The notes: generated from the sequence alone by a model not told the origin. A stretch of DNA of 64,000 nucleotides from Candidatus Avispirillum sp. (GCA_045631345.1 JAZQUP010000004.1:15727-79726), one strand, 5' to 3'; positions 21,671-31,792 are shown, counted from the stretch's first letter. Made by a program: numbers and translations.

Positions 21671-23137
21671 TTATTCAGCAATCTGGGACATTCTCTTCTT
21701 AGCGAAGAGGAGAACGCCTGCTGCGAGAACAACAATGCCACCGAATGTGATGAACAATGTTGAGCCGAGGCCACCTGTTTCGGGAAGCATAGAACCTGTC
21801 TTGTTCACTACATGAACACCGGAACCTGTGGAGAAGATACCATCGTTGAAGATAGCATCGAGGTTGCCATCAGAAATGATAAATCTCTGACGAGCTGTGA
21901 GCTTGTTGTAACCCTGAGGAGAAACTGTTTCTTCGAGGTAATATGTACCATTGTCAAAACCAACAACTCTAACCTGTCCATCCTTAACTACGATGGAAAC
22001 TCCAGTCTCGTCTTCTCTTGCGCGGCGATATGTAACGCCATCGTCCATGAGAACCACTTCAACTTCATTACCGCCTGTGAGAGCATCATAGATCTTGAAT
22101 TCAGCTCCGTCAATAAGTGTGTTCTGGGAGTCTGTCTTGATAAGATCAAAGCCGAATGTCTTTGTGTTAACTGTGTCATTTGTTGTGTAGTGATCTTCAC
22201 CGTATTCAAGGCGTGCATCGTTCACGTTGCCTTCGCTTGCAATGATTGCGTTACGGTTAAGCATTGCAGAGTAGTAAACGATAACCTTATCGTTTGTTTC
22301 GAGAGTGTCACAGAATGTGTTGGAGAAAACAACCTCAAATGTGCAACCATCTGTAATACCAGTTGTATTAACAGTGTATGCGCTGGGATCTACAGTTGTT
22401 GTTGTGCTGCCGCTTCCGCTGGGAACTACAAGTTCAATCTTGGAAACGCCCTGGAATGTAAGACCTGCAGACATTGTATCGTGGAGAACATAGTTTTCTG
22501 CACCTGCATGAACATTGATAGTTACGCGGTAGTTAACAGTCTGGCCGATGTCAGCTGTGTTAGCATCGCCCCACTGCTCTGTGGAGTCTTCCTGAACCTG
22601 CTTGTCGATTGTGGGGCTACCGTTCTTTGCATTGATGGATGCGTTGGGATTAGTTGTTGTAAGTCCGCAAAGAGCACCCATTGTGGAGTCTACAAGATAG
22701 TAACCAAGCTCAAGGCCGGAGAACTTACCGTTTGTGTTTTCGCCAACTGTTGTAATAACAAATTCGCCTGTATTGGAAGAGGACTTAACAGGATCGATAC
22801 CGTTAGCCTTTGCATAAGCGAGAGCTTCCTTAGCGAAAGCTGCAACTGTTGAATCGTCTTCAGCTGCTACCCATGTAACGTAGCCTGCATCGTCAATATC
22901 AACATAAAGATAAGCTTCAGCTGTTTCAAAGAATGTTGTCCAATCGGGGTTTACTTTGTAGGAATAAACGCCTTTTGTTGTGTTGTAGCTTTCGAGATCG
23001 AGAATCTTGTAGATCTCGTAAACGTTGTCTGTGCTTACGCCATTAATTGTGATGGATCCATCAGCTGCAGCAACTGCGGGAGCTGCGAGTGCCAGTGTCA
23101 TCATAACAACGAGCATAATAGCAAAAAGTTTTTTCAT
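21671..23137 (-). CDS. major (backbone) pilin, SpaH/EbpB/SpaA-like
   Basis: Signal peptide; pilin-motif-like 'INAKNGSP', E-box YYLEETVSPQGY, LPETGG sorting signal; strongly biased codon usage. Confidence 0.92.
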   Translation of the reverse strand: MKKLFAIMLVVMMTLALAAPAVAAADGSITINGVSTDNVYEIYKILDLESYNTTKGVYSYKVNPDWTTFFETAEAYLYVDIDDAGYVTWVAAEDDSTVAAFAKEALAYAKANGIDPVKSSSNTGEFVITTVGENTNGKFSGLELGYYLVDSTMGALCGLTTTNPNASINAKNGSPTIDKQVQEDSTEQWGDANTADIGQTVNYRVTINVHAGAENYVLHDTMSAGLTFQGVSKIELVVPSGSGSTTTTVDPSAYTVNTTGITDGCTFEVVFSNTFCDTLETNDKVIVYYSAMLNRNAIIASEGNVNDARLEYGEDHYTTNDTVNTKTFGFDLIKTDSQNTLIDGAEFKIYDALTGGNEVEVVLMDDGVTYRRAREDETGVSIVVKDGQVRVVGFDNGTYYLEETVSPQGYNKLTARQRFIISDGNLDAIFNDGIFSTGSGVHVVNKTGSMLPETGGLGSTLFITFGGIVVLAAGVLLFAKKRMSQIAE

Positions 23138-23206
23138 GATTTTTTTCCTTTCTTTAGAAAAATAATTTTTTTGTTTGTTTTATTTTGGATGATATCTCGG
23201 CCTAAA

Positions 23207-26200
23207 CTAAGCCGGAGGCTTTTTTTTCCTCCTTTCCCGCTTATGCCTTAATATGCATCCAGTTAGTAGTGAGCCAAGCATCAGCCCATAGCCACTAATT
23301 AACCAAGGTGGGTAACCGTAACTACCTGTGGATGGGAGCTCAACTCCATATCCTGCGGTGTTTCGGTTGGTGATAAGCGTGTTATAAGATCCGGGAGTTC
23401 CTGACACATATGTCATATTTCCAACAGTTGTTTCCCATCCGCTAACATTGAACACTTCTTTGACGGAATAGACTATTGTGTTTCCTTCATTGTCCTTGAA
23501 GGGAAGTCCTCCGAAGGTAACTGTCCATCCGTTTTGCAGAGATAGGATTTCTGTTCTTCCCGTATAAACTCCATTGGAATAGAGCTCAACAGGAATTTGA
23601 TATGTATTATGTATCTGAGATGGGTTGATACCCATGTCCCAGTTCTTGTTAACTGTAACAGAAGTCTGATTACTGAGAGGAATCGGAGTATTGGTTGCTC
23701 TGTAAACAAAGCTTCCGTCCTCTGTGATAATTTCTTCTGCTTTTTCAACCAGAGGCTTGAATATAACGGCGCCTGATTGGTTTGCGGAATAAATACCGTT
23801 ATATTCCAGAGTTCGATTTCCGATATAATATCGCGTATTATTCCAGGATTCATTATAATCATGGAATATACGAATGCCTTGACCACTGGCTTGTTCATAT
23901 TTCATTGTGATGTGATTGTTATCGGTAACTGTAGTAAAAATTGAATCGCCTACATTACCGCCACGATAGCTAAGGTGGAGATATTGATTTGCGCCATTTT
24001 TAAATGTAACTGTTCCGTCTGATGAAACTGTTGCTGTCCATAGCGCATATTGGGAGGTTTTGGCTGACTCTGCATCAACCCATATGAGGCAATTGCTGGA
24101 GCTGCTTGTTGAAAGCGCTCCGTATTGTGATGCCAGAACATATTTTTCACCGGTTTCAAACTGATATGCCTCAGCCCATACCTTGTCACCGCTTGTAGTT
24201 TTGTCAACCTTCTGGATAGTGGATGTATATCCCGGTAAATACGATTCCTCAACTATGTATTCAATTGGTTCGGTCGTGTTTCCGTCTGCGTCAACATAGT
24301 ATTTGGGAAGATTTGTCCATGTGTATTTCCAGTTGTTGTCCTGACCCAGCTTAATTTCTCGTATTCTACGATAGGTTCCGTCAGGTTCTTTAACAAGAAG
24401 ATAGAAAACAGGAAGATCCTTTGAGTGGTCAGCATTGTCGTTCCATTTTTTAGAAACTTCAACTGTTGTGACCTCACGAACCCAATCTTCTGCGTTGGTA
24501 ACAACTACATAAGCTTCTTGTTTATCAACGTCAACTTTTAGTCCGTGAACAGTAAATCCGGGAGAAACCGTTCCTGTATAGTCTTCGATTATGTCAACCG
24601 TATATGATGCATATCCTTTATGATCAAGGGTTAAGCATATTATACCATTGGCAAGGCTATAATTTGCGGCATCGGGAGGTCCGGTTTCTTTAATATAATA
24701 AACCTTTCCCGAGGTCATGCCCCACATGTGAGCTATGCCATCAATAACAGTAAATGTATTGGTTGGAGCAATGCCGCTTTCATATGCTTCTTCTGATGTC
24801 CAGAGCTCTGCGGGAATGGTGCATTCAGCATCTTTGTAAACTGAGAATTCAGCACCGTTCAATGTTTCCTGAGTCAGAACATCTTCTTTTCTGATGTCAA
24901 AATCAAATCTGGGAGCCAGGTTGAAGTAAATCTCGCAGTTGGATTTGGAGCTTCCTCGCTCAAGGTAGTAGACTGTGAGCGTATGTTCTCCGTATGTAAT
25001 TCCGTAATCAGCAAGATTTCCGGTAATTCTGCCGCCCTGTGTGATATCACCTGTAGAGAAGTTGATATCACCAACCATGATATCGTGGATACCGCCGATA
25101 TCAAGAACCAGCTGTCCGTCAATAAGAATCCAAACGTCATCGTCACCGGAGAAATGGAAGTGCATCTCGTTGCCGTAGATGTCATGATTTCCGTTATCGC
25201 CGGGATTATCGGGAAGGAAGAAGTCGATTTCAACATTCATTCCGTACCAATAGTTGGAAACAACTCTGTTTGTGCTGTTATTGCTGTCGCTGTAGCAGGA
25301 GTCGTAAGCATAGTGTTGAATTCCTTTTCCGGCAAATTCACCATAGTCACCATTATAATTATAGCGCTGTATTGACTGACCATTAGTGTTTGCATAAGGA
25401 GAGTTGAATGGAAGGAAGTCTGAGTGGCCTCCGAGACCGCCGTCTCTGAGTGAGTCCACGGTACATTCCAAATAATCATATACATAGAATCGCTTTTCGC
25501 TCTGGTTATAAGAAGCAGCGTTCAATTTTGAGTCGTAGAAGTAATATCCGTAGTGAGGGCTGTCCGGGTCATTTTCAAATCTGAAAAGATAGTCTCCCGT
25601 TCCAAGATAGGTTTTGCCAAGAACTCCCTCTCCCGTTTCCGCATTCATGGAATTGTTTTCGCCAAATAGCATTTCTATAAGGCGCGTGCTGTAAATTCCT
25701 GTGGTAACGGTGTCTTGTGTTGAGTTTGTAGTTTGTCTGTTGTTAACATATGTCAGTGATCCGCTGGCATCATAGTCAACGAAAACAATTCCCAGCGCAT
25801 CATGACCTGAGGCTCCTGTTCCGTTTGTGGCAAGATTCCAGGTTTCGCTGTGCCCGTTTGCATTAACAGAAACGCTGACTGTTGAGGAGTTTGTATTGAT
25901 AAGCGCGTTATAATCAAACAATTTAACAGTAACGAAATTTTCCGTGCTTTCTGTGGGATGAGTATATTCGTTGAAGAATCCGACATCATATGTGGCGGGT
26001 ATCCAGTCCGGATAGAACACCATATGGCTGTTAACTATGATTTCATCTCCCGGTTCATAATATTTTCCGTTTATCAGGTCGAACCAGCCACGGATCTTAT
26101 ATTCATATTTGGTGGGAGATTGCCATGTTTCGGGCAATTTCAAAAGGTTGCCCTGAGTAACAAAATAAGCTGTGTTGGGAGAACCTGCAAGGCTTCTGTT

Positions 26201-27589
26201 CAATCCTCCACAAGTTCCGTCAAACCATACAGCGTATTCCGGGAGCGATTGTCCGAAATAAAGTATTGAAGCGGAGCTTTGGTTTGTAGTGCTTGTAAAG
26301 GTTGAATTGTTTTGCAGAACAGCATAGGAGTTTTGGCGTGCTCCTCTGACTTTAACTCCATTTCCGTTACGGTATAGAGCGCTTTCCCATCTGCCGTCCA
26401 GAATAGCATTAAATTCATTTCCATTTAAATATGGATGCAAGTATCTTCCTGCAGTGGAGTTATAGATGTAATATGTTGGCTGTGAATCATAAGATGAAGC
26501 ACTTTCAAAGGTCCAATAAAGTAGGCTTGTACTTGTGCTGTCAGTTGTGATATAGCCCTGAGAATCAACAAATACCTCAACGGCATTACCGTTTCCACTT
26601 AGGGCATAGTATTTACCATCCGTACCCTGTGTGTATAGAATGAATTTGCTGCCTGAGGTGAACATATTTGTATTAAAAGCTTTTGTTTGGGCAATCGTGT
26701 ATGAACCTGATGCATAGGAGAGGGGAGTATCCACAACTTCTATGTTATTGTCCATATCAACGATGCCGTATCCAATAATAACATCGTCAAAAATTGAGTA
26801 AGAGGCTTCCGAAACAGCGTTTTCCAGATCGCCCTCAATCACTAAAACATATCCATCTGCAATACCTGTCACAACAGCTGTGGTTTCAGCAGTTCCGTTC
26901 AGGTTTTTATCAAGGAAAATGACATCTCCGGGGAAAGGTATGTAATCATCCTTGCTTTTGTAGAGTGATGATTCATCCCATTGAAGTCTCATAGAGTCTG
27001 CTCCTGCGCTAATGGGAACATCCGTAAGGCCTCCGTATCTGAGGCAAAATGCAGTAAACATATTTGCCCAGTCGCCATAGCTGTTTCCGAACCATTCGCC
27101 ATAACGGGTGTAACCATATCTGGTATTGTCGGAGTCAATGGTGAAATTTAAAGTGCTTTCATTATATCCCAGCTGAGATTTTGCAACCTGAACAACAGTT
27201 TCACCGATTGTCAGATCAGATGGAATATCACTTAAAGTTGCTTCCCAATCTTTTGCAGATTCAAGGTCAGCAGTTATATCTGAATAGCAGGATGAAATAT
27301 GAATATGCTCTTCAAGCTCGCACGCTGAAGATATTTCATAGCAAGCTTCAATATGCTCGTGCTCCTCCGTGCAGATAAGTAATGATCTTTCTTCACAAGC
27401 TTCAGAGTGAACATGTTCAGTATAACCGCAGAATGCCTCTCCTGCGAGAGTGATACCTGTCAGCTTAAGCCACCAGAAAATCCCCAGAATAACGAATATA
27501 GAGAGAAGGGGGAGAATAGCCAGCATATTTCGCTTGACAGATTTGTTACGTTTTTTAGTGATTAAATATTGATTGATATTGTCATTTAT
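23207..27589 (-). CDS. tip pilin/adhesin: His-Cys repeats, degenerate CHAP, fibro-slime/PA14, SpaA and Cna-B domains, LPSTG
   Basis: FSGDDDVWILIDGQLVLDIGGIH and YLERG (fibro-slime); KKWND/KNWD CnaB; LPSTG + TM; the track start is ATG 27526 but the SD and basic n-region point to ATA at 27589. Confidence 0.85.
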   Translation of the reverse strand: MNDNINQYLITKKRNKSVKRNMLAILPLLSIFVILGIFWWLKLTGITLAGEAFCGYTEHVHSEACEERSLLICTEEHEHIEACYEISSACELEEHIHISSCYSDITADLESAKDWEATLSDIPSDLTIGETVVQVAKSQLGYNESTLNFTIDSDNTRYGYTRYGEWFGNSYGDWANMFTAFCLRYGGLTDVPISAGADSMRLQWDESSLYKSKDDYIPFPGDVIFLDKNLNGTAETTAVVTGIADGYVLVIEGDLENAVSEASYSIFDDVIIGYGIVDMDNNIEVVDTPLSYASGSYTIAQTKAFNTNMFTSGSKFILYTQGTDGKYYALSGNGNAVEVFVDSQGYITTDSTSTSLLYWTFESASSYDSQPTYYIYNSTAGRYLHPYLNGNEFNAILDGRWESALYRNGNGVKVRGARQNSYAVLQNNSTFTSTTNQSSASILYFGQSLPEYAVWFDGTCGGLNRSLAGSPNTAYFVTQGNLLKLPETWQSPTKYEYKIRGWFDLINGKYYEPGDEIIVNSHMVFYPDWIPATYDVGFFNEYTHPTESTENFVTVKLFDYNALINTNSSTVSVSVNANGHSETWNLATNGTGASGHDALGIVFVDYDASGSLTYVNNRQTTNSTQDTVTTGIYSTRLIEMLFGENNSMNAETGEGVLGKTYLGTGDYLFRFENDPDSPHYGYYFYDSKLNAASYNQSEKRFYVYDYLECTVDSLRDGGLGGHSDFLPFNSPYANTNGQSIQRYNYNGDYGEFAGKGIQHYAYDSCYSDSNNSTNRVVSNYWYGMNVEIDFFLPDNPGDNGNHDIYGNEMHFHFSGDDDVWILIDGQLVLDIGGIHDIMVGDINFSTGDITQGGRITGNLADYGITYGEHTLTVYYLERGSSKSNCEIYFNLAPRFDFDIRKEDVLTQETLNGAEFSVYKDAECTIPAELWTSEEAYESGIAPTNTFTVIDGIAHMWGMTSGKVYYIKETGPPDAANYSLANGIICLTLDHKGYASYTVDIIEDYTGTVSPGFTVHGLKVDVDKQEAYVVVTNAEDWVREVTTVEVSKKWNDNADHSKDLPVFYLLVKEPDGTYRRIREIKLGQDNNWKYTWTNLPKYYVDADGNTTEPIEYIVEESYLPGYTSTIQKVDKTTSGDKVWAEAYQFETGEKYVLASQYGALSTSSSSNCLIWVDAESAKTSQYALWTATVSSDGTVTFKNGANQYLHLSYRGGNVGDSIFTTVTDNNHITMKYEQASGQGIRIFHDYNESWNNTRYYIGNRTLEYNGIYSANQSGAVIFKPLVEKAEEIITEDGSFVYRATNTPIPLSNQTSVTVNKNWDMGINPSQIHNTYQIPVELYSNGVYTGRTEILSLQNGWTVTFGGLPFKDNEGNTIVYSVKEVFNVSGWETTVGNMTYVSGTPGSYNTLITNRNTAGYGVELPSTGSYGYPPWLISGYGLMLGSLLTGCILRHKRERRKKKPPA

Positions 27590-27630
27590 AGCAACCCCCC
27601 TCCTTTCTGAGAATTTTGCTTAGGGGGAAT

Positions 27631-28215
27631 TTAGTCGATCAAAGAAATATTCTTTACAGGCCAGACCTTGAGGAAAATTTTGCCGATAATCTGATCCTGA
27701 GGGATACAGCCGATCACAGTACTTCGGCTGTCAATGGAGGTATTTCTATGGTCGCCCATAAGAAAAAATTCATTTTGAGGAACCTCATAAGGAAACTCTA
27801 TGTCGCATTCTCCAAGTCCTTTTTCCGAAATGTAAGGCTCGTCAATTTTTATATTGTTTACATAAACTGTGCCTTCCTCATCAATAACGATATAATCGCC
27901 CGGCAGGCCTATAACTCGTTTGATAAGGATTTTGTTTGAATATGAAAAGCCGCAAAGATCGCCTCTTTCAAGCTTTGTGGTTTTAAAAAGAACAACGATT
28001 TCTCCGTTATTCAGAGTAGGCTCCATACTTGTTCCTGAAATTTGAAGAACGGGGAGCACCAGCGTTGCAATAAGAACAGCTATTGCTGCAACCAGAACAA
28101 GCGCATAAAGAGAGCTTTTGATGATTTTGCGAAATCTGATTCTATTGCGCTCGTATTTTAACTCAGAGCTTATTTCGCTGGTTGTTGGTAGATTATTTAC
28201 GTTTATTTTTTTCAT
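27631..28215 (-). CDS. lepB: signal peptidase I (pilus-associated, S26)
   Basis: GTSMEPTL (Ser), IKRVIGLPGD (Lys), GDHR..S.DSR. Confidence 0.92.
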   Translation of the reverse strand: MKKINVNNLPTTSEISSELKYERNRIRFRKIIKSSLYALVLVAAIAVLIATLVLPVLQISGTSMEPTLNNGEIVVLFKTTKLERGDLCGFSYSNKILIKRVIGLPGDYIVIDEEGTVYVNNIKIDEPYISEKGLGECDIEFPYEVPQNEFFLMGDHRNTSIDSRSTVIGCIPQDQIIGKIFLKVWPVKNISLID

Positions 28216-28675
28216 TTTTAGTTTCGTTTTCAGTTAACTTAACATTTGTGAACATACTGTTGAATTCGCCGCAGATAGCACGAAGTTTAGTTATTTTTTC
28301 TTCAATTTCCTTAAGCCTTGCTTCTGAGCGTTTTTCACGTTCATAGCATTTGATTTCAGCATCTGCGATCATATCCTCAGCCTTTTTCTTTGCTTCTGAT
28401 TCCATAGCAGAAACCTTTTCGTCAATAGCAGAGCTTTGGCTTATAATGTTTTCCAGATATTGATCGGCGGCAGACTGTGCAGATTTAAAAACATTATTAA
28501 GCTTGAGCGCAGCCTCGGCAATGTTGCCTGCCTGCAGTTCGGTCATCTGTCTGTCACGAAGCATATCCTCAGTTGCCTTCAGCTTTTTCTCAAGCTCGTC
28601 TGTGCGTTCAGTTTGAACAAGGAGCAGCTCAAGCAGTTGCTTACGATTAAGTTTGCGTAATTCTTTTTCTTTCAA
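28193..28675 (-). CDS. coiled-coil protein (DivIVA-like C-terminal half), first gene of pilus operon
   Basis: TTG start with SD AGAGG; heptad-rich helical sequence; overlaps lepB. Confidence 0.6.
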   Translation of the reverse strand: MKEKELRKLNRKQLLELLLVQTERTDELEKKLKATEDMLRDRQMTELQAGNIAEAALKLNNVFKSAQSAADQYLENIISQSSAIDEKVSAMESEAKKKAEDMIADAEIKCYEREKRSEARLKEIEEKITKLRAICGEFNSMFTNVKLTENETKNEKNKRK

Positions 28676-28762
28676 AATATACCTCTGTAGTTTATGGTTA
28701 CAAATTCAACCCGAATGTTGAAAAGATACAATTATTTCATTATAATAAATGATAGTGTAGAA

Positions 28763-28791
28763 ATTATACTATTTTTGTCTAAAAAAGTCAA
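28763..28791 (-). promoter_or_regulatory. sigma-A promoter of pilus operon
   Basis: Minus strand TTGACT-17 nt-TATAAT. Confidence 0.75.
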
Positions 28792-28824
28792 GTTTTACTA
28801 GGGGGAATTTGCATTTTTACATAC

Positions 28825-28857
28825 AAAAAATCCGCCAACTTTTGTTAGCGGATTTGA
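28825..28857 (-). terminator. terminator downstream of GH20 gene
   Basis: AAAAAATCCGCCAAC...GTTAGCGGATTT; T-run on the minus strand. Confidence 0.65.
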
Positions 28858-28871
28858 GGTTTTTAGTAAGT

Positions 28872-30320
28872 TTATTTTATCATTTTGAAGTACAGCTCAC
28901 GCACGTGATCAGCAGCAGCTTTTACGCTATCGTAAGCCTTTCTTTTTTCAACATTCCAAGTGTTTTCTGCGATAAAGGGCAAACGCTCTGCAACACTCTT
29001 AAGTCCATCAGCACGGCCGAGAGCGCCATTTTCGTAATAGTCGGTTTTTTCAACGAAATCTCCCCAGGAGTTGAGCTGACCACCAATGAGATTCTTGCTT
29101 TCGGGCATTCTCATTGCGCCATTGCAATAGGGGGAAGCATCATTTATTGTGCCAAAGGAACGAATATCCCAATCATAGCATGCCTTTTCGCTGTAAACCC
29201 AGAGAGGAGTTACAACATATGTAGGAAGCCATGAGCAGTTGATAACTTCAAAACCATCAGCAATAAGTGATGAAGCAAGCTGGAAGCTGGAATCCCAAAC
29301 CATAACCTTAACTTCCTTGGGAATCATGCTGTTAGTAGTTTTGTGGAAACCTTCCCAAACAAGAGGAGTTTTGCCCATTTCAATAACCTGTTTGGCATTT
29401 TCTGCAATGTAGTGAGCAAGGAATCTAAGCATAACCCATTCAGGCTGAGAAATGCCGGGAGCTTCATCTTCCATTTTAAAGCCAAGTGTGCGACCATATT
29501 CAAGACATTTGTCACAACCGAGCCACCAGCCGAGACGACCTTCGTCTCCGCCGATATGAATATAGTCAGAGTGGGGGAACATTTCGCAGATTTCACGATA
29601 GATAGCCTTTGTTCCTTCGATTGCTTCTGCATGGAATCCGAGAATACCTTCTTTGTCAAATATCTCGGGGTAACACTTCATAATGAGAGTGGTATGTCCG
29701 GGAGTGTCAACCTCAGGGACAATCTGAATATTTCTTGAAGCAGCATAGCTGTCAAGCTCAGCGATTTCAGCGGGAGTATAGCTGTTGCCCTGCTGAGAAA
29801 GAAGGGGGAATGCTTTGCAGGGAAGAGTGAAACTTTCGTCGTCTGAAAAATGGATGTGAAGATATTTGATCTTATAGATCCAGCAAAGATCAACGTAGTT
29901 TTTCAGCTCACAGAGTGGATGAAAGCTTCTTGCTGTGTCAACAAGAAGTCCTCTGTAATCGCAGTCAGGCTTATCAGTAACTGTGATCTGGGGAAGCATG
30001 AGCTTGCCTTCAAAAACAGAAGTAATCTGAAGAAGCGCTGCAAGGGCATAAGCTGCGCCATATGCATCTCCGGCAAAGATTTCTACCTTATCGGCAATAG
30101 CAAGACGATATTCGCCTTCTGCCATATAGTCAACGTAACTAATAATAAAATCGGCATTTTCTTCAGCTAAAACAAAATCAATATCAAGAGCTTTTTTTGC
30201 CTGCACTATGAATGTTTCAGCCTGAGCTGCAAAATCTTTCGCAAAAATAACGGGAGAAAAAGCTTTAAGCTCTCCGCATCCCCACTGACCCTTGGGGGAG
30301 GGAATCATATTATTTATCAT
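28872..30320 (-). CDS. GH20 beta-N-acetylhexosaminidase (cytoplasmic)
   Basis: YRGLLVDTARSF, HIHFSDDES, PEVDTPGH, HIGGDE; no signal peptide. Confidence 0.92.
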   Translation of the reverse strand: MINNMIPSPKGQWGCGELKAFSPVIFAKDFAAQAETFIVQAKKALDIDFVLAEENADFIISYVDYMAEGEYRLAIADKVEIFAGDAYGAAYALAALLQITSVFEGKLMLPQITVTDKPDCDYRGLLVDTARSFHPLCELKNYVDLCWIYKIKYLHIHFSDDESFTLPCKAFPLLSQQGNSYTPAEIAELDSYAASRNIQIVPEVDTPGHTTLIMKCYPEIFDKEGILGFHAEAIEGTKAIYREICEMFPHSDYIHIGGDEGRLGWWLGCDKCLEYGRTLGFKMEDEAPGISQPEWVMLRFLAHYIAENAKQVIEMGKTPLVWEGFHKTTNSMIPKEVKVMVWDSSFQLASSLIADGFEVINCSWLPTYVVTPLWVYSEKACYDWDIRSFGTINDASPYCNGAMRMPESKNLIGGQLNSWGDFVEKTDYYENGALGRADGLKSVAERLPFIAENTWNVEKRKAYDSVKAAADHVRELYFKMIK

Positions 30321-30437
30321 TGCTTTTTAACCGATCCTTTCATGTATATATAATTATTCTATCATAAAAGGGTGTAAAGTGCAATAAGATAGGCGTTTAA
30401 ATCATAAAAAAGTATTGATTTTATAAATTTATTTTGT

Positions 30438-30466
30438 TTGACATAGTAGCCGACTGATAGTAAAAT
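30438..30466 (+). promoter_or_regulatory. sigma-A promoter
   Basis: TTGACA-17 nt-TAAAAT. Confidence 0.7.
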
Positions 30467-30504
30467 ATATTTGTAACAACTTGTATATCAAGAGGTGCAG
30501 ATTT

Positions 30505-31617
30505 ATGGTAAACGTTTTTGATGTAACTGAATATGGTGCTGTTGGAGATGGAGTAGTTGATTCAACCGCAGCTTTTCAGAAAGCTATTGATAAAGCAGGA
30601 GATGTTAAGGGAGCAGTTATAGTGCCTCCGGGCGTGTATATATGCTCAACACTTTATATGAAGCCCAATGTTTGCCTTATGGGATATAGTGGCTGGGGAT
30701 ATAGAGAAACAGGCGGGTCTGTAATTAAGCTCAGAGATGGAGATTGCAGCTGTCTGATAGAAATGTCAGGGGCTTTTGGCGCACGCCTTCGTGATATTCA
30801 GCTTTTAGGAAATCATTGCGCAGGAGAAAATATTCACGGTGTAAATGTAAAATGGGTTGATCAGGTCAGTCGTCTTAACGATGATCCTGTCCGAGAGGAT
30901 AATGCCTTGCCCGAAAAATGCCAGATAGGTTTTCGTGAGGATAGTGTCACGATTGAAAGCTGCCATATCAAAAATTTCAGTGGTGATGCCGTTCATCTTG
31001 AGCGCATATGGGCATTTACCATCAAAAACAGTATGTTTGTTGCAAATAAAGGAAATGCCATATATATAAATGGCTGGGATGGTTGGATAACCGATTGCAT
31101 AATGCATACAAATCATGGAGCAGGGATATTTACTGATGTTGTTTGCGCAGCAGTTACAATAACAGGCAATCGCATTGAATGGAACAGACGAGGCGGTATA
31201 AATCTTGTGAATTCCAATCTGCTAAATATAACAGGAAATTATTTTGATCGTGCTTATGGTCCTGCAATCAAGCTTGTTGGAGAGAGAATACCTTGTCATA
31301 ATATTGCCGCTACAGGTAATATTTTCAATCGTAGTGGTAAAGCAACGGAGGATTTTCCTGTAAGTGAATATGAAAAAAGTCATTTGTATTTTGACAATTG
31401 CTATAATCTTGCATTTACAGGAAATACGTTTATCAACGGCAAGGATGATTTTGGAGAAGAAGGCGGCTATGGTCCTGATTATAACGTGGTATACAAACGC
31501 CTAAATTCGTGCGTTGTTTCAGCCAACACAATGCAAGGAGGAAGTTTAAAAAAGGCGATTGTAGATCTTGGGGAGAATGGTGAAAATAATATAATACGTG
31601 ATAACGCAGGTGCCTAA
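30505..31617 (+). CDS. right-handed parallel beta-helix protein (pectate lyase 3/GH28-like N-terminus)
   Basis: DVTEYGAVGDGVVDSTAAFQKAID..VPPG; ITGN repeats; SD GAGGTG. Confidence 0.82.
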   Translation: MVNVFDVTEYGAVGDGVVDSTAAFQKAIDKAGDVKGAVIVPPGVYICSTLYMKPNVCLMGYSGWGYRETGGSVIKLRDGDCSCLIEMSGAFGARLRDIQLLGNHCAGENIHGVNVKWVDQVSRLNDDPVREDNALPEKCQIGFREDSVTIESCHIKNFSGDAVHLERIWAFTIKNSMFVANKGNAIYINGWDGWITDCIMHTNHGAGIFTDVVCAAVTITGNRIEWNRRGGINLVNSNLLNITGNYFDRAYGPAIKLVGERIPCHNIAATGNIFNRSGKATEDFPVSEYEKSHLYFDNCYNLAFTGNTFINGKDDFGEEGGYGPDYNVVYKRLNSCVVSANTMQGGSLKKAIVDLGENGENNIIRDNAGA

Positions 31618-31792
31618 AATTAAATATAAAACAATTATAAATAATATTTGATCAGTACATTCAAAAAACGGAAATAAAAGACAAAATACATCCGTAAAAT
31701 AAAGTAATAATTGCTTGCATTTGGTAGATCTTTGTGGTAACATAAATTGGATTGAAATAAATCCAATATTAAGAAAGAAGGAACTTTTTCTA

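Noticed and set aside
21812..22852. 346-aa antisense ORF over the major pilin
   Set aside because: Shadow ORF from codon bias; Cys/Val-rich sequence with no motifs
27631..28215. This peptidase as the SipW for the 8-9414 cluster
   Set aside because: It has the Ser/Lys (KRVIG) LepB-type dyad rather than SipW's Ser/His, and it sits in the sortase pilus operon
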